A DNA stretch of 64,000 nucleotides, taken from the NCBI GenBank assembly GCA_947301965.1, contig CAMYUM010000001.1, positions 190,731 to 254,730 of the forward strand, given 5' to 3'. The stretch's first letter is position 1. Every line of letters starts with the position of its first letter. The DNA is from an uncultured Azospirillum sp. (GTDB lineage Bacteria; Pseudomonadota; Alphaproteobacteria; RF32; CAG-239). Below are positions 31,519 through 42,778 of this stretch, piece after piece. Made by a program: the position numbers and the translations under genes. The notes beneath the pieces were generated by a model. That model searched no databases. It was not told where the DNA came from and saw only the letters and a program-made list of their open reading frames with translations.

Positions 31519-32352
31519 ATGGTATTAAAAACATTTAAGCCCACATCTCCTGGACTTCGTCAATTGGTTATTGTTGACAGAACAGAGCTTTATAAAGGAG
31601 CTCCGGAGAAGTCTTTGACAACAGGTCTTACTAAGACCGGTGGGCGTGATAATTTCGGACATGTTACAAGTCGGAGAAAGGGCGGCGGACACAAACGCAA
31701 GCTCAGAATTATCGACTTTAAGCGTAATAAGTTTGATATGGAAGCTACAGTTGAGAGAATCGAATATGATCCGAATCGTTCTTCTTTCATTGCATTGATT
31801 TGCTATAAAGATGGCGAGAAGGCTTATATTTTGGCTCCGCAAAGATTGAAGGCCGGCGACAAGATTATTTCAGCTCAAAAGGCTGATATTAAACCCGGTA
31901 ATGCTATGCCTTTGAAAAATATGCCGGTTGGTACAATTATTCACAACGTTGAGTTGCGTTCAGGTAAAGGCGGACAATTGGTTCGTTCAGCCGGATGCTA
32001 TGCTCAAGTTGTTGGTAAAGATGCCGGCTATGCTCAATTGAAACTGAGCTCCGGAGAATTGAGAATTGTTCGTGAAGAGTGCTTGGCTACTGTCGGTGCT
32101 GTTTCAAATCCGGACAATCAAAACAAATCCTTGGGTAAAGCCGGTCGTGCTCGTTGGTTAGGTATGCGTCCGGTATCTCGTGGTGTTGCCATGAACCCGG
32201 TTGATCACCCGATGGGTGGTGGTGAAGGTCGCACATCAGGCGGTCGTAACCCGACTACTCCGTGGGGTAAACCTACCAAGGGTGGAAAAACTCGTTCTAA
32301 CAAGAAGACCGATCGCTTTATTATGCGTTCGCGTCATGATAATAAGAAATAA
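31519..32352 (+). CDS. rplB: 50S ribosomal protein L2
   Basis: 277 aa. Confidence 0.92.
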   Translation: MVLKTFKPTSPGLRQLVIVDRTELYKGAPEKSLTTGLTKTGGRDNFGHVTSRRKGGGHKRKLRIIDFKRNKFDMEATVERIEYDPNRSSFIALICYKDGEKAYILAPQRLKAGDKIISAQKADIKPGNAMPLKNMPVGTIIHNVELRSGKGGQLVRSAGCYAQVVGKDAGYAQLKLSSGELRIVREECLATVGAVSNPDNQNKSLGKAGRARWLGMRPVSRGVAMNPVDHPMGGGEGRTSGGRNPTTPWGKPTKGGKTRSNKKTDRFIMRSRHDNKK

Positions 32353-32366
32353 AGGGAGATAAGCTA

Positions 32367-32645
32367 ATGACACGTTCAGTATGGAAAGGACCGTTCGTTG
32401 ATGGATATCTTCTGAAGAAAGCTGATGCGGCCAGAACTTCATCTCGTAATGAAGTTATTAAAATTTGGTCTCGCAGATCCACAATGTTGCCGCAATTTGT
32501 CGGTTTGACATTTGGTGTTCACAATGGTCATAAGTTTATCCCGGTTTTGGTTACGGAAGATATGGTAGGCCACAAGTTCGGTGAATTTGCTCCTACTCGT
32601 ACATTCTACGGCCACGCCGCTGATAAAAAAGCAAATAGGAGTTAG
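32367..32645 (+). CDS. rpsS: 30S ribosomal protein S19
   Basis: 92 aa. Confidence 0.92.
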   Translation: MTRSVWKGPFVDGYLLKKADAARTSSRNEVIKIWSRRSTMLPQFVGLTFGVHNGHKFIPVLVTEDMVGHKFGEFAPTRTFYGHAADKKANRS

Positions 32646-32647
32646 TA

Positions 32648-33022
32648 ATGGGAAAGTCTAAGAATACTAGAAGTCTCGCTGCAAATCAGGCTCAGGCCGT
32701 TTGCAACTCATTGCGTACTAGCCCGCAAAAACTTAACCTAGTTGCTCAAACTATTCGCGGTTTAAGCGTTGAAAAGGCTGTTGCAGAACTCACTTTCTCA
32801 AAGAAGAGAATTGCAAAGTCGGTTTTGAAAGTTTTGCAGTCTGCGATTGCAAATGCTGAAAACAATCATCAGTTAAACATTGATAAGCTTTATGTTAGTG
32901 AAGCTTATTGCGGAAAAAGTTTGGTAATGAAACGCATGCACGCACGCGGTCGCGGAAGAGGAGCTCGAATTTTGAAGCCGTTCTCCAACATTACTATTGT
33001 TGTAACCGAGCGTGGGGAGTAA
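32648..33022 (+). CDS. rplV: 50S ribosomal protein L22
   Basis: 124 aa. Confidence 0.9.
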   Translation: MGKSKNTRSLAANQAQAVCNSLRTSPQKLNLVAQTIRGLSVEKAVAELTFSKKRIAKSVLKVLQSAIANAENNHQLNIDKLYVSEAYCGKSLVMKRMHARGRGRGARILKPFSNITIVVTERGE

Positions 33023-33026
33023 GTTT

Positions 33027-33695
33027 ATGGGACAGAAAGCAAATCCTACAAGTCTTCGTTTAGGAGTTAACCGTACTTGGGACTCTCGTTGGTATGCGGA
33101 TGATAACTATGCCGAATATCTGCACGAAGATGTTAAAATTAAAGAATTCTTGAAAGAGAAACTGGCTCAAGCCGGTATCAGCAAGATTGTGATTGAACGT
33201 CCTGCCAAAAAAGCCAGAGTTACCATTCATTCGGCAAGACCTGGTATTGTTATTGGTAAGAAGGGTCAAGACATTGAAGCTTTGAGAAAAGAAATTCAAG
33301 CTTTGACTTCTTCAGAGGTTCAATTGAACATTTTGGAAGTAAGAAAACCTGAGTTGGATGCTCAGCTCGTTGCTGACAGCGTTGCTCAACAGTTGGAAAG
33401 ACGTATTGCTTTCCGCCGTGCAATGAAACGCGTTATGCAATCTGCTTTGCGTCTTGGCGCTGAAGGTATTAAGGTTAGCTGCAGTGGTCGTTTAGGCGGC
33501 GCTGAAATTGCAAGAACAGAACAATACCGTGAAGGTCGTGTTCCTTTGCATACACTGCGTGCTGACATTGACTATGCAACTTCAACAGCTCATACAACTT
33601 ATGGTGCTTGTGGCGTTAAAGTTTGGATCTATAAGGGTGAAATTATGGCTCATGATCCGATGGCTCAAGACAAAAAGTTGGCTGACAATAAGTAA
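33027..33695 (+). CDS. rpsC: 30S ribosomal protein S3
   Basis: Start [13 protein letters not shown] (track's 33012 start overlaps rplV; 33027 has the RBS and canonical N-terminus). Confidence 0.9.
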   Translation: MGQKANPTSLRLGVNRTWDSRWYADDNYAEYLHEDVKIKEFLKEKLAQAGISKIVIERPAKKARVTIHSARPGIVIGKKGQDIEALRKEIQALTSSEVQLNILEVRKPELDAQLVADSVAQQLERRIAFRRAMKRVMQSALRLGAEGIKVSCSGRLGGAEIARTEQYREGRVPLHTLRADIDYATSTAHTTYGACGVKVWIYKGEIMAHDPMAQDKKLADNK

Positions 33696-33714
33696 ACTTT
33701 GAGGTTATAAGAAA

Positions 33715-34143
33715 ATGTTAAGTCCAAAAAGATTAAAATTCCGCAAGCAGCACAAGGGTCGTATTCACGGCTTGGCTAAAGGCGGCTCGGAATTGAGTTT
33801 CGGAACATATGGATTGAAGGCTCTGACACCTGATCGTATTACAGCTCGCCAAATTGAGGCGGCTCGTCGTGCGATTACCCGTGAAATGAAGAGAGCCGGA
33901 AGAGTATGGATTCGAATTTTTCCAGATGTACCAGTATCTGATAAGCCAGCCGAAGTTCGTATGGGTAAAGGTAAAGGCTCAATCGAGTATTGGTGCGCCA
34001 GAGTGAAACCAGGCAGAATTATGTTTGAAATCGATGGAATTCCTGAAGAATTGGCTCGTTCAGCTTTTGCATTGGGCGCTGCCAAACTTCCGATTAAGAC
34101 AAAGTTTGTAAAACGCCTCAATTCTGACCAAGGAGTAGCATAA
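33715..34143 (+). CDS. rplP: 50S ribosomal protein L16
   Basis: 142 aa. Confidence 0.92.
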   Translation: MLSPKRLKFRKQHKGRIHGLAKGGSELSFGTYGLKALTPDRITARQIEAARRAITREMKRAGRVWIRIFPDVPVSDKPAEVRMGKGKGSIEYWCARVKPGRIMFEIDGIPEELARSAFALGAAKLPIKTKFVKRLNSDQGVA

Positions 34144-34144
34144 G

Positions 34145-34342
34145 ATGGCAAAAATTAAAGAACTTCGCTCTTTGAGTGTTGATGAATTGGAAGCTAAGTT
34201 GCTTGAAGCTAAAAAAGAGCAATTTAACTTGAGAGTTCAGCACTCAACCGGACAGTTGCAAAATACGGCAAGTATGCGCAAAGTCCGTCGCGATATTGCA
34301 AAAATCAATACGCTTTTAGCCGAGCGTAAGAAGAATAGTTAG
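34145..34342 (+). CDS. rpmC: 50S ribosomal protein L29
   Basis: 65 aa. Confidence 0.88.
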   Translation: MAKIKELRSLSVDELEAKLLEAKKEQFNLRVQHSTGQLQNTASMRKVRRDIAKINTLLAERKKNS

Positions 34343-34353
34343 GAGAAAAAGAT

Positions 34354-34593
34354 ATGCCTAAAAGAATTCTTCAAGGTGTTGTAGTTAGTGATAAACAGGA
34401 CAAAACCGTTGTCGTTAAAGTTGAACGTCAGGTTATGCACCCTGTTTATCGTAAATTCATTAAGAAGAGCAAAAAATATGCTGCTCATGATGAAAACAAC
34501 CAGTTCAAGATTGGTGATGAGGTTAAGATTATTGAGTCTAAACCATATTCAAAAACCAAAGCTTGGACAGTGTTAGTTGATAACGCCGAATAG
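34354..34593 (+). CDS. rpsQ: 30S ribosomal protein S17
   Basis: 79 aa. Confidence 0.9.
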   Translation: MPKRILQGVVVSDKQDKTVVVKVERQVMHPVYRKFIKKSKKYAAHDENNQFKIGDEVKIIESKPYSKTKAWTVLVDNAE

Positions 34594-34608
34594 AGAAGGA
34601 ATAAGAAA

Positions 34609-34977
34609 ATGATACAAATGCAAACCAACCTGGATGTTGCAGATAACTCAGGAGCACGTCAGGTGCAGTGCATAAAGGTTCTGGGCGGTTCTAAAAGAAT
34701 GCATGCAACCGTCGGTGACGTAATCGTAGTATCGATTAAAGATGCATTGCCGAAAGGACGCGTTAAGAAAGGTGACGTCCATAAAGCAGTTATCGTTCGC
34801 ACCGCAAGCGACATCAGACGTAAAGACGGTTCTATAATCCGTTTTGATTCTAATGCCGCCGTTCTGATTAACAAGGATGGAGAACCAATCGGTACTCGTA
34901 TTTTTGGTCCTGTTACCAGAGAGTTGCGTGCAAAGAAATTTATGAAAATAATTTCATTAGCACCGGAGGTATTATAA
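34609..34977 (+). CDS. rplN: 50S ribosomal protein L14
   Basis: 122 aa. Confidence 0.92.
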   Translation: MIQMQTNLDVADNSGARQVQCIKVLGGSKRMHATVGDVIVVSIKDALPKGRVKKGDVHKAVIVRTASDIRRKDGSIIRFDSNAAVLINKDGEPIGTRIFGPVTRELRAKKFMKIISLAPEVL

Positions 34978-35297
34978 TGAACCTTAAATTAAAAATTAAA
35001 AAAGGTGATCAGGTTATTGTTTTGTCAGGTGATGACAAAGGCAAAACCGGTGAAGTAGTGAGAGCTATGCCTAAAGAAGGTAAAGTTGTTGTTCAAGGAA
35101 TTAACCTTGTAAAACGTCATACCAAACCGAGCCAAGCTTCGGCCGGCGGCATCATTACTAAAGAAGCACCGATTCATGTTTCTAATGTTGCATTGATTGA
35201 TTCAAAGAGCGGCAAAGGAACCAAAGTAGGATATAAGGAAGTTAGCGGACGCAAAGTTCGTTTTGCTCGTAAATCCGGTGAAGTAATCGATAAATAA
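34977..35297 (+). CDS. rplX: 50S ribosomal protein L24
   Basis: 106 aa; KOW motif. Confidence 0.9.
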   Translation: MNLKLKIKKGDQVIVLSGDDKGKTGEVVRAMPKEGKVVVQGINLVKRHTKPSQASAGGIITKEAPIHVSNVALIDSKSGKGTKVGYKEVSGRKVRFARKSGEVIDK

Positions 35298-35310
35298 GGG
35301 ATTTTGAAAA

Positions 35311-35850
35311 ATGACAAATTTTGAAAAGTTATATAATGAGGTCATTAAGAAAGCTCTTGTGGAAAAATTCGGTTACACCAATCCACACGAGATTCCTAAG
35401 CTGACCAAAATTGTCTTGAACATGGGCGTTAGTGACGCTGTTACAGACAAAAAGAAATTGAACAATGCCGCAGATGAAATGGGACAGATCGCCGGACAGA
35501 AGGCTATCATTACTCATGCTCGTAAGTCTATTGCTACATTCAAAGTAAGAGAAGGCATGCCTTTAGGATGCAAAGTTACTTTGAGACGCGATAAGATGTA
35601 TGAATTCTTGGAGAGACTGGTTAATATGGCTCTTCCTCGAATCAGAGACTTTCACGGTATTCAAGGAAAGAATTTTGATGGTCGCGGCAATTTTGCTTTC
35701 GGCATTAAAGAGCAAATTATCTTTCCGGAAATCAACTATGAAAAAGTTGATGCCGTTCGCGGTATGGATATCGTTATCTGCACTTCAGCTAAGACTAATG
35801 AAGAAGCAAAAGAGCTTCTGACCAGTTTTAACTTACCGATTAAGAACTAA
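35311..35850 (+). CDS. rplE: 50S ribosomal protein L5
   Basis: 179 aa. Confidence 0.92.
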   Translation: MTNFEKLYNEVIKKALVEKFGYTNPHEIPKLTKIVLNMGVSDAVTDKKKLNNAADEMGQIAGQKAIITHARKSIATFKVREGMPLGCKVTLRRDKMYEFLERLVNMALPRIRDFHGIQGKNFDGRGNFAFGIKEQIIFPEINYEKVDAVRGMDIVICTSAKTNEEAKELLTSFNLPIKN

Positions 35851-35863
35851 GCGGAGATAAAAT

Positions 35864-36169
35864 ATGGCAAAAACAAGTTCAGTTTACAGAAACTTAAAAA
35901 GAGTCGCCAAGGCCCAAAAATTTGCTGCTCGTCGCAACAAATTGGTCGCGGAGATTAAAGATAAAAATACTTCTCCTGAAGAACGCTTCAAGAAAGTATT
36001 AAAATTAGCAGAATTGCCGCGTAGTTCTTCTCGTGTTCGCATTAAGAACCGTTGTGAGAATACCGGTCGTTCACGCGGGGTATATCGCAAATTTAAGCTT
36101 TGCCGTAATGAATTGAGAAGAATGGCAAGCTTTGGCGAAATCCCCGGTTTGGTTAAATCAAGCTGGTAG
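35864..36169 (+). CDS. rpsN: 30S ribosomal protein S14 (long form)
   Basis: 101 aa ending …PGLVKSSW. Confidence 0.9.
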   Translation: MAKTSSVYRNLKRVAKAQKFAARRNKLVAEIKDKNTSPEERFKKVLKLAELPRSSSRVRIKNRCENTGRSRGVYRKFKLCRNELRRMASFGEIPGLVKSSW

Positions 36170-36186
36170 TAGGAGGTTAGTTAGAT

Positions 36187-36585
36187 ATGTCTATGTCTGA
36201 TCCTTTGGGCGATATGCTCACACGCATTAGAAACGCACAAAGCGCGAAGAAAAAGGAAGTTATATCTCCTGCTTCTCGCCTGCGTGAAAGCGTATTAGAA
36301 GTTTTGAAAAAAGAAGGCTATATCTTGGGTTATGAAAGATATAACGTTAAAGCCGGTATTGATGAACTTCGCATTCAGTTGAAGTACTTTGAAGGTGCTT
36401 CCGTAATTAAGGAAATTTACCGTGTATCTACTCCGGGTCGTCGCGTATATTCGAGCGTTAAAGATTTGCCGAGAGTTTACAACGGTTTGGGAATTTCAAT
36501 CGTTTCTACTCCGCAAGGAGTTATGAGCGACAGCGATGCCAGAAAGGCTAATGTCGGCGGTGAAATTCTTTGTCAGGTATTTTAA
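36187..36585 (+). CDS. rpsH: 30S ribosomal protein S8
   Basis: [17 protein letters not shown] canonical. Confidence 0.92.
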   Translation: MSMSDPLGDMLTRIRNAQSAKKKEVISPASRLRESVLEVLKKEGYILGYERYNVKAGIDELRIQLKYFEGASVIKEIYRVSTPGRRVYSSVKDLPRVYNGLGISIVSTPQGVMSDSDARKANVGGEILCQVF

Positions 36586-36597
36586 GGGAGAATTGGT

Positions 36598-37137
36598 ATG
36601 TCTAGAGTTGGAAAGTATCCAGTTGTTATCCCTGCCGGTGTTGAAGTTAAAATTGAAAACAACAAGGTTATTGTTAAAGGTAAAAACGGAGAGTTGTCTT
36701 TTACTTTTGATGATGGTCACGTCAGCACTAAATTGGAAGAAAACAAAGTTGTGGTTACTCCTTTGAGCGAATCACAACAAGCGAGAGCTTTGTGGGGAAC
36801 AACCCGTGCTCAAATTAATTCAATTGTCAAAGGTGTAAGCGAAGGCTTTACCAAACAATTGGAATTGATTGGCGTTGGTTATAAAGCCAGAATGGAAGGC
36901 TCTAAAAAATTGGTATTGTCTTTGGGTTTTTCTCATGATGTGATTTATGAGGCACCCGAAGGTATTAAAATTACATGCGTTTCACCGACACAATTAACTA
37001 TTTTCGGTGCAAATAAGCAGCTTGTCGGTCAGGTCGCCGATAAAATTCGTGAGTACAGAAAACCGGAACCGTATAAAGGTAAAGGTGTAAGATATACAAA
37101 CGAGTATGTTCGTCGTAAAGAAGGCAAGAAGAAGTAA
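36598..37137 (+). CDS. rplF: 50S ribosomal protein L6
   Basis: 179 aa. Confidence 0.92.
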   Translation: MSRVGKYPVVIPAGVEVKIENNKVIVKGKNGELSFTFDDGHVSTKLEENKVVVTPLSESQQARALWGTTRAQINSIVKGVSEGFTKQLELIGVGYKARMEGSKKLVLSLGFSHDVIYEAPEGIKITCVSPTQLTIFGANKQLVGQVADKIREYRKPEPYKGKGVRYTNEYVRRKEGKKK

Positions 37138-37148
37138 GGAATAATTTA

Positions 37149-37511
37149 ATGAATACGCCAAGAAAATTGTTTAAGAAAAGACAAGCACGCGTTAGAACAG
37201 CTTTGAGAAACTCTGCAAACGGCAAAATGAGATTGTCGGTTTTTCGCAGTGGTAAGCATATCTACGCACAAATCATTGACGACATTAAAGGCGCAACCGT
37301 AGCTTCGGCTTCTACTTTGGATAAAGAAGTAAGAGCTAACATTCAGAAGACTTCTACTGTTGCCGCAGCAGGTGTTATTGGTAAAACTGTTGCTGAGAGA
37401 GCATTGAAGGCCGGTGTAAGTGAAGTGGTTTTTGACCGCGGCGGTTACATTTATCATGGTCGCGTTAAGGCTTTGGCCGATGCTGCTCGTGAAGCTGGTT
37501 TGAAATTCTAA
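37149..37511 (+). CDS. rplR: 50S ribosomal protein L18
   Basis: 120 aa. Confidence 0.9.
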   Translation: MNTPRKLFKKRQARVRTALRNSANGKMRLSVFRSGKHIYAQIIDDIKGATVASASTLDKEVRANIQKTSTVAAAGVIGKTVAERALKAGVSEVVFDRGGYIYHGRVKALADAAREAGLKF

Positions 37512-37521
37512 GGAGGTTGAT

Positions 37522-38085
37522 ATGACACAAGCTGTAGATCGTCGTAAAACAGAAAAGAAAGAAGAATTGGTTGAGAGACTGGTTCATATTAACCGTGTAG
37601 CCAAAACCGTTAAAGGCGGACGCACAATGTCTTTTGCTGCTGTCGTAGTAGTCGGAGACCAGAAAGGTCGCGTCGGTTTCGGTTCGGGTAAAGCTGCCGA
37701 AGTTCCGGAAGCTATTACCAAAGCTACAAATGAAGCTAAGAAAAATCTCGTTCGTATTCCTTTGCGCGAAGGCAGAACATTGCACCACGATGCACATGGT
37801 CGCTATGGCGCAGGTAAAGTAATTTTGAGAACAGCTCCTGCCGGTACCGGTGTTATTGCCGGTGGTCCGATGCGTGCAATTTTCGAAGTTTTGGGTGTAC
37901 AGGACGTGGTTGCAAAATCGCTGGGTTCTAACAACCCTTACAATATGATTAAGGCTACTTTTGATGCCTTGCTTTCTATCCATTCTCCGAGAATGGTTGC
38001 AGCAAAGCGTGGTAAAAAGGTCGGCGATATTGTAAGTCGTAGAGAAGGCGCAGCCGGTGTAAAATTGGAAAAAGAGGAGGCTTAA
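37522..38085 (+). CDS. rpsE: 30S ribosomal protein S5
   Basis: 187 aa. Confidence 0.92.
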   Translation: MTQAVDRRKTEKKEELVERLVHINRVAKTVKGGRTMSFAAVVVVGDQKGRVGFGSGKAAEVPEAITKATNEAKKNLVRIPLREGRTLHHDAHGRYGAGKVILRTAPAGTGVIAGGPMRAIFEVLGVQDVVAKSLGSNNPYNMIKATFDALLSIHSPRMVAAKRGKKVGDIVSRREGAAGVKLEKEEA

Positions 38086-38088
38086 TCA

Positions 38089-38271
38089 ATGGCAAAGAAA
38101 ACTATAAAAGTTAAGCAAATCGGTAGTCCAATCGGTCGTCCGGCAAAACAAAAAGCCATTCTTGTCGGACTTGGCTTGAACAAAATGAACAAGGTTGTTG
38201 AGTTGGAAGACACTGCGGCAATCAGAGGGATGGTTAACAAAATTCCTCATTTGGTTCAAATCGTAGATTAA
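38089..38271 (+). CDS. rpmD: 50S ribosomal protein L30
   Basis: 60 aa. Confidence 0.88.
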   Translation: MAKKTIKVKQIGSPIGRPAKQKAILVGLGLNKMNKVVELEDTAAIRGMVNKIPHLVQIVD

Positions 38272-38275
38272 TAGT

Positions 38276-38308
38276 CAGGGCGGTGGTCTTTCGGACCACC
38301 AAGCCCGC
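38276..38308 (+). other. GC-rich intra-operon hairpin between rpmD and rplO (no T-run)
   Basis: cagggcGGTGGTCtttcgGACCACCaagcccgctg: a 7-bp perfect core stem plus imperfect outer pairing; no U-tract follows, so it is probably not a terminator. Confidence 0.3.
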
Positions 38309-38321
38309 TGAAAAATGTTAG

Positions 38322-38786
38322 GTGAAGAAAATGAAACTTAATGAATTAAAAGACAACTATGGAGCAACCAAAAACCGCATTAGAGTTGGTCGTGGTATCG
38401 GAAGCGGCAAAGGCAAGACTTCAAGCCATGGTCAAAAAGGTCAGAAGGCTCGTAGCGGCGTTGCTATCAATGGTTTTGAAGGCGGTCAGATGCCGATTTA
38501 CCGCAGACTCCCGAAACGCGGTTTTAAAAACCCGTTTGCTAAGCAGTTTGTGGTTGTAAATTTGGATACATTGCAAACCGCTATTGATGCCGGAAAATTA
38601 AAAGCAGACAAAATTGATTTGGAAGCTTTGACCAAAGCCGGTATTGTTAACAGAACTTATGACGGTGTTCGTTTGTTGGCTCGCGGTGCAGTTACGAGCG
38701 CAGTTAACGTTTCAGTAAATTCAGCTTCCAAGGCTGCTGTCGCTGCAATCGAAAAAGCCGGCGGAAAAGTAAACATTGTTGCTTAA
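38322..38786 (+). CDS. rplO: 50S ribosomal protein L15
   Basis: 154 aa; [19 protein letters not shown]. Confidence 0.92.
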   Translation: MKKMKLNELKDNYGATKNRIRVGRGIGSGKGKTSSHGQKGQKARSGVAINGFEGGQMPIYRRLPKRGFKNPFAKQFVVVNLDTLQTAIDAGKLKADKIDLEALTKAGIVNRTYDGVRLLARGAVTSAVNVSVNSASKAAVAAIEKAGGKVNIVA

Positions 38787-38803
38787 GTTGTTTTAGCAAA
38801 CAT

Positions 38804-38838
38804 AAAAAAGGGCGGTTGAAATAACCGCCTTTTTTTTG
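38804..38838. terminator. bidirectional rho-independent terminator directly after rplO
   Basis: aaaaaagggcggttgaaataaccgccttttttttg (A-run, 8-bp GC stem, T-run). Confidence 0.6.
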
Positions 38839-38842
38839 ATTT

Positions 38843-39565
38843 TTATTCAAACAAATAGCCGTTGTATATGATTTTGGTAACATAAAATTGTCGACACATT
38901 CCGGCACCGGGGATGCCACCATATAATTGTTTGGTGTGGACATCGCCTCGTTTGGTGGCGGTTTCAATATTAAAATATGAAAATTTTCCAGTTCCTTTCC
39001 AGTCCATAAGGTATCCTTCAAATTCGGCGACATCACCTTTTTTTAAGAGGGCAATGGCACGACGTATGGCGGTTGTTGCCGGAATGACGTGATTGTTGTT
39101 AATTTCGTCATGGTTTATGATTGGATTGTCTTTGTATAAATATGTATAAACGAGGGCGCGTTCACTATGTTTGAACTTGATTTTGCGCAAGTTGTCAGGA
39201 TCAGAAGTTGCACCATGTGCAATGGATATGTCAACGGAAGCCACGGCATTATATAGTTTTGTGGCCTCCTTGCCGGCGGAATGGTACCATGTGTTAATCA
39301 AGCCATCGTTCCAATCTACCCAGATGATGCGGCCTTTTACGTGGTATTTGGTACGCAGACAATATTCAATATTATAGCCGTTGATATAAGTTTTTTGCCA
39401 AGGTTGGTTGCCCAAGTCTTCAAAAGTCTCGATAAGTTCGGCGGAAGATGAAGATACGGGTTTTCCCCACAGTTTAGAATATAACGCGAGTTTGGAAATG
39501 TGAAAAATGCCGATAACTGTAATAATGCCGGCAATTAAAATTTGTTTTTTGGTCAGCTTAATCAT
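38843..39565 (-). CDS. hypothetical membrane-anchored protein (~240 aa) inserted between rplO and secY on the opposite strand
   Basis: Clean 741-nt ORF. Its N-terminal TM helix is ILIAGIITVIGIF. The track start at 39583 is a TTG, so the ATG at ~39565 (MIKLTKKQ…) is more likely. It shares the bidirectional terminator with rplO. No family recognised. Confidence 0.5.
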   Translation of the reverse strand: MIKLTKKQILIAGIITVIGIFHISKLALYSKLWGKPVSSSSAELIETFEDLGNQPWQKTYINGYNIEYCLRTKYHVKGRIIWVDWNDGLINTWYHSAGKEATKLYNAVASVDISIAHGATSDPDNLRKIKFKHSERALVYTYLYKDNPIINHDEINNNHVIPATTAIRRAIALLKKGDVAEFEGYLMDWKGTGKFSYFNIETATKRGDVHTKQLYGGIPGAGMCRQFYVTKIIYNGYLFE

Positions 39566-39681
39566 TTTTATATCTTCAGTCAAACAAGTCGGATTGTAGC
39601 TTATACAGGTTTATTTCGGGTTAATAAAAATAGTTTTTATGCAGATGAAAGCCATAAAAATTGAGGATAAAGAAAAATTTG

Positions 39682-39709
39682 TTGCCAAAAATTTATTTTT
39701 GTGTATTAC
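39682..39709 (+). promoter_or_regulatory. candidate sigma-70 promoter for secY-adk-rpsM-rpsK-rpoA
   Basis: TTGCCA, a 16-nt spacer, then TATTAC, ~60 nt upstream of the secY ATG. This is weak, but it is needed if transcription stops at the rplO terminator. Confidence 0.25.
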
Positions 39710-39771
39710 ATTGTTTTCCAAATGGGCTGTTTATGCCCAGAATCAGGTATTTTAAAGATAAGGAAATAAAA

Positions 39772-41127
39772 ATGGTATCACTTGCAGAAAAAATGGCTGC
39801 CAACCTTGATATGTCGGCATTTAGTAAAGCCGAAGAACTAAAGAAAAGATTGTGGTTTACAATTCTTGCCCTGATTGTTTTCCGTTTGGGAACTTTTATT
39901 CCGTTGCCGGGTATTGATCCGCATATTTTAGCGGAGATTTTTGATCGAAATTCAAACGGAATTTTGGGTATGTTTAATATGTTTGCCGGCGGTGCGTTGG
40001 CTCGTATGACAATTTTTGCATTGAATATTATGCCGTATATCTCGGCATCAATTATTTTGCAATTAGGACAGTCAATTGTTCCGTCTTTGGCCGCTTTGAA
40101 AAAAGAAGGCGAGGCCGGACATCGCAAGATGGTACACTATACCAAAGTTTTGACAGTATTTATTACCATTGTCCAAGGTTATGGTATTGCCGTCGGTCTT
40201 GAAGGAATGACCGGTGGAGCCAATGTTTCTGCCGTAGTTATGCCGGGCTTTGTTTTCAGATTTACAACGGTTGTTTCTTTGGTCGGCGGTACAATGTTTA
40301 TTGTATGGTTGGGAGATCAAATTACATCGCGCGGTGTCGGCAACGGTTCATCATTGATCATTACCGTAGGTATTATTGCCAATATTCCGAGTGCTTTGGC
40401 TCAAACCTTTGAGTTGGGGCGTGTCGGGTCAATGTCAATTTGGTTGATTTTGATGCTGATGTTTATGGTTTTGGCTTTGGTATATATAATTGTGTTTGTT
40501 GAAAGAGCACAAAGAAAAATTGTTATCCAGTATCCAAAGCGTCAAATGGGTATGAAAATGACTTCTGCCGAAAGCTCGCATCTGCCTCTGAAAATTAACC
40601 CTACCGGAGTTATCCCGCCGATTTTTGCAAGCTCGCTGTTGTTATTGCCGATTACTATTGCCAACTTTTCTGCAAATAACGGACCGGCATGGGTGCAGAC
40701 TTTGAGCCGCTTGCTCGGTCACGGACAACCCTTATATTTGGCTTTGTATGCCTCATTGATTATCTTTTTTGCATTCTTCTACACCGCTGTTGTGTTCAAC
40801 CCAGAAGATACGGCGGATAATTTGAAGAAGCACGGAGGCTTTATTGCCGGAATTCGTCCGGGTAAAAATACAGCCGAGTATCTTGATTATGTTATTACCA
40901 GATTGACGGTGTTGGGTGCTTTTTATCTGACGGCATTGTGTATTTTGCCGGAAGTGCTGATTGCAAAACTGTCAGTACCATTTGTTTTGGGCGGAACGAC
41001 TCTGTTGATCGTGGTTCAAGTTACTATGGATTTTGTTACTCAAGTTCAAACACATCTTATTGCTTATCAGTACGAAGGGTTGTTGAAAAAAGCCGCCCTC
41101 GTTAACAAGAAAGGCAAAAGAAGATAA
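39772..41127 (+). CDS. secY: preprotein translocase subunit SecY
   Basis: The track start at 39661 is too far upstream. The ATG at 39772 (MVSLAEKMAANL…ELKKRLWFTILALIVFRLGTFIPLPGID) has an AAGGA RBS and a canonical SecY N-terminus. There are 10 TM segments. Confidence 0.9.
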   Translation: MVSLAEKMAANLDMSAFSKAEELKKRLWFTILALIVFRLGTFIPLPGIDPHILAEIFDRNSNGILGMFNMFAGGALARMTIFALNIMPYISASIILQLGQSIVPSLAALKKEGEAGHRKMVHYTKVLTVFITIVQGYGIAVGLEGMTGGANVSAVVMPGFVFRFTTVVSLVGGTMFIVWLGDQITSRGVGNGSSLIITVGIIANIPSALAQTFELGRVGSMSIWLILMLMFMVLALVYIIVFVERAQRKIVIQYPKRQMGMKMTSAESSHLPLKINPTGVIPPIFASSLLLLPITIANFSANNGPAWVQTLSRLLGHGQPLYLALYASLIIFFAFFYTAVVFNPEDTADNLKKHGGFIAGIRPGKNTAEYLDYVITRLTVLGAFYLTALCILPEVLIAKLSVPFVLGGTTLLIVVQVTMDFVTQVQTHLIAYQYEGLLKKAALVNKKGKRR

Positions 41128-41798
41128 TGTTTGTAAACAGTAATAAGGGAATGCACCTGGTTATTACAGGTGCTCCCGGAACCGGCAAAGGTACTCAGGC
41201 CGGTGTTTTGAAACGCAAATACGGCATCTGTCATTTGTCTGCCGGAGAGATGTTGCGTGAAGAAATCAGAAAAGGAACTCCGGTTGGGAAAAAGTTGGAG
41301 CCTTTATTGGCAAAGGGTAATTTTGCTCCCGATGAACTGATTATTGAAATGGTTTCCAGCCGAATCGAAGAAGATGATTGCAAAAAAGGTTTTATTCTGG
41401 ATGGTTTTCCACGTACGCTTAATCAGGCCGGTGTGCTTGATGAAATGCTGAATGCAAAGGGAATAAAGCTTGATGCCGTTTTGGAGATTTTGGTGCCCGA
41501 CGAGATTATTATTGAAAGAATTTTGGGGCGCTACACCTGTGTAACCTGCGGTGAAAGCTATAGTGATAAGTTCCATAAGCCGAAAGTTGAAGGCGTATGT
41601 GATATCTGCGGCGGCAGGAAGTTCTCTAAACGACTCGATGATACAAAAGAAACCATTGAAAGACGTTTGGAAAAATACAGAAACTTTACGTATCCAACAA
41701 TAGAATATTATCGTCAGAAAGGCGTTTTGGTAAGCGTTGACGGCAATGGAACCGTTAATGTGGTGGCAGAGCGGATTGATAAGCTTTTGAGGCGATAA
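41127..41798 (+). CDS. adk: adenylate kinase (zinc-lid type)
   Basis: ITGAPGTGKGTQA P-loop; CVTCGESY…CDICGG lid; TAATG overlap with secY. Alternative start at MHLV (~41151). Confidence 0.88.
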   Translation: MFVNSNKGMHLVITGAPGTGKGTQAGVLKRKYGICHLSAGEMLREEIRKGTPVGKKLEPLLAKGNFAPDELIIEMVSSRIEEDDCKKGFILDGFPRTLNQAGVLDEMLNAKGIKLDAVLEILVPDEIIIERILGRYTCVTCGESYSDKFHKPKVEGVCDICGGRKFSKRLDDTKETIERRLEKYRNFTYPTIEYYRQKGVLVSVDGNGTVNVVAERIDKLLRR

Positions 41799-41919
41799 AA
41801 ATTTTTTAACGAAAGCATAAACTTAAGGGTTGACACGAACAAATATTAGCATATAATCCGCTTAATTTTGAAAAGTGGTGATCAACTTTTTAATATTAAT
41901 TTTTTAATGGAGATGAAAT

Positions 41920-42288
41920 TTGGCTCGTATAGCTGGTGTAAATATTCCGACTGCCAAAAGAATTGAAATCGCTTTGACATACATATTTGGTATCGGTAGA
42001 AAAAATGCTCAAGATATTTGTGCAAAATCGGGAGTCAACCCGGATGCGCGCGTTAGCGATATGTCTGAAGAAGATATCGCAAAAGTGCGCGAAGTGATTG
42101 ACCGTGACTACCTCGTAGAAGGTGAGTTGCGTCGTGAAGTTGGCGTTAACATCAAAAGACTTATGGATCTTGGATGTTACAGAGGTTTGAGACATCGTAA
42201 AGGTTTGCCGGTACGCGGACAAAGCACAAAGCAAAATGCCCGTACTCGTAAAGGTAAACGTAAGACTGTCGCCAATAAGAAGAAATAG
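41920..42288 (+). CDS. rpsM: 30S ribosomal protein S13
   Basis: [10 protein letters not shown]… canonical. Confidence 0.92.
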   Translation: MARIAGVNIPTAKRIEIALTYIFGIGRKNAQDICAKSGVNPDARVSDMSEEDIAKVREVIDRDYLVEGELRREVGVNIKRLMDLGCYRGLRHRKGLPVRGQSTKQNARTRKGKRKTVANKKK

Positions 42289-42305
42289 TAAGAGGTAGGT
42301 TCCCA

Positions 42306-42689
42306 ATGGCAAAAGCAATACAAAAGAAAAAAGAAAAGAAGAATATCACAGCCGGTGTTGCACATGTGAATTCTACTTTCAATAATACTCGTATTACAAT
42401 TACTGACGCTCAAGGCAATACCGTTTCATGGGCTACCGCAGGCGCACAAGGTTTTAAGGGTTCTCGTAAGTCTACTCCTTATGCCGCCCAGGTTGCTGCA
42501 GAAGATGCCGGTAAAAAAGCTATGGAATGCGGCGTAAAAACTCTGGAAGTTGAAGTTAAAGGTCCGGGGTCAGGTCGCGAATCAGCTATCAGAGCCTTGC
42601 AGGTTGTCGGTTTTACCATCACAACTATTCGTGATGTTACTCCGATTCCACATAACGGCTGCCGTTTGCGCAAACGTCGCCGCGTATAA
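42306..42689 (+). CDS. rpsK: 30S ribosomal protein S11
   Basis: 127 aa. Confidence 0.92.
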   Translation: MAKAIQKKKEKKNITAGVAHVNSTFNNTRITITDAQGNTVSWATAGAQGFKGSRKSTPYAAQVAAEDAGKKAMECGVKTLEVEVKGPGSGRESAIRALQVVGFTITTIRDVTPIPHNGCRLRKRRRV

Positions 42690-42778
42690 TATATCTGGAT
42701 AGTAGGGCTTAAGTATCAGCCCTGCCATCTTTTGATTTTCGTAAAATAGCATATGCACTAAAAAATGAGGGTATCCCA

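Noticed and set aside
39661-39771. Extended 488-aa SecY start at 39661
   Set aside because: The extra 37 residues (MRIKKNLLPKIYFCVLHCF…) have no counterpart in SecY and lack an RBS. The ATG at 39772 has an AAGGA RBS and the canonical N-terminus.
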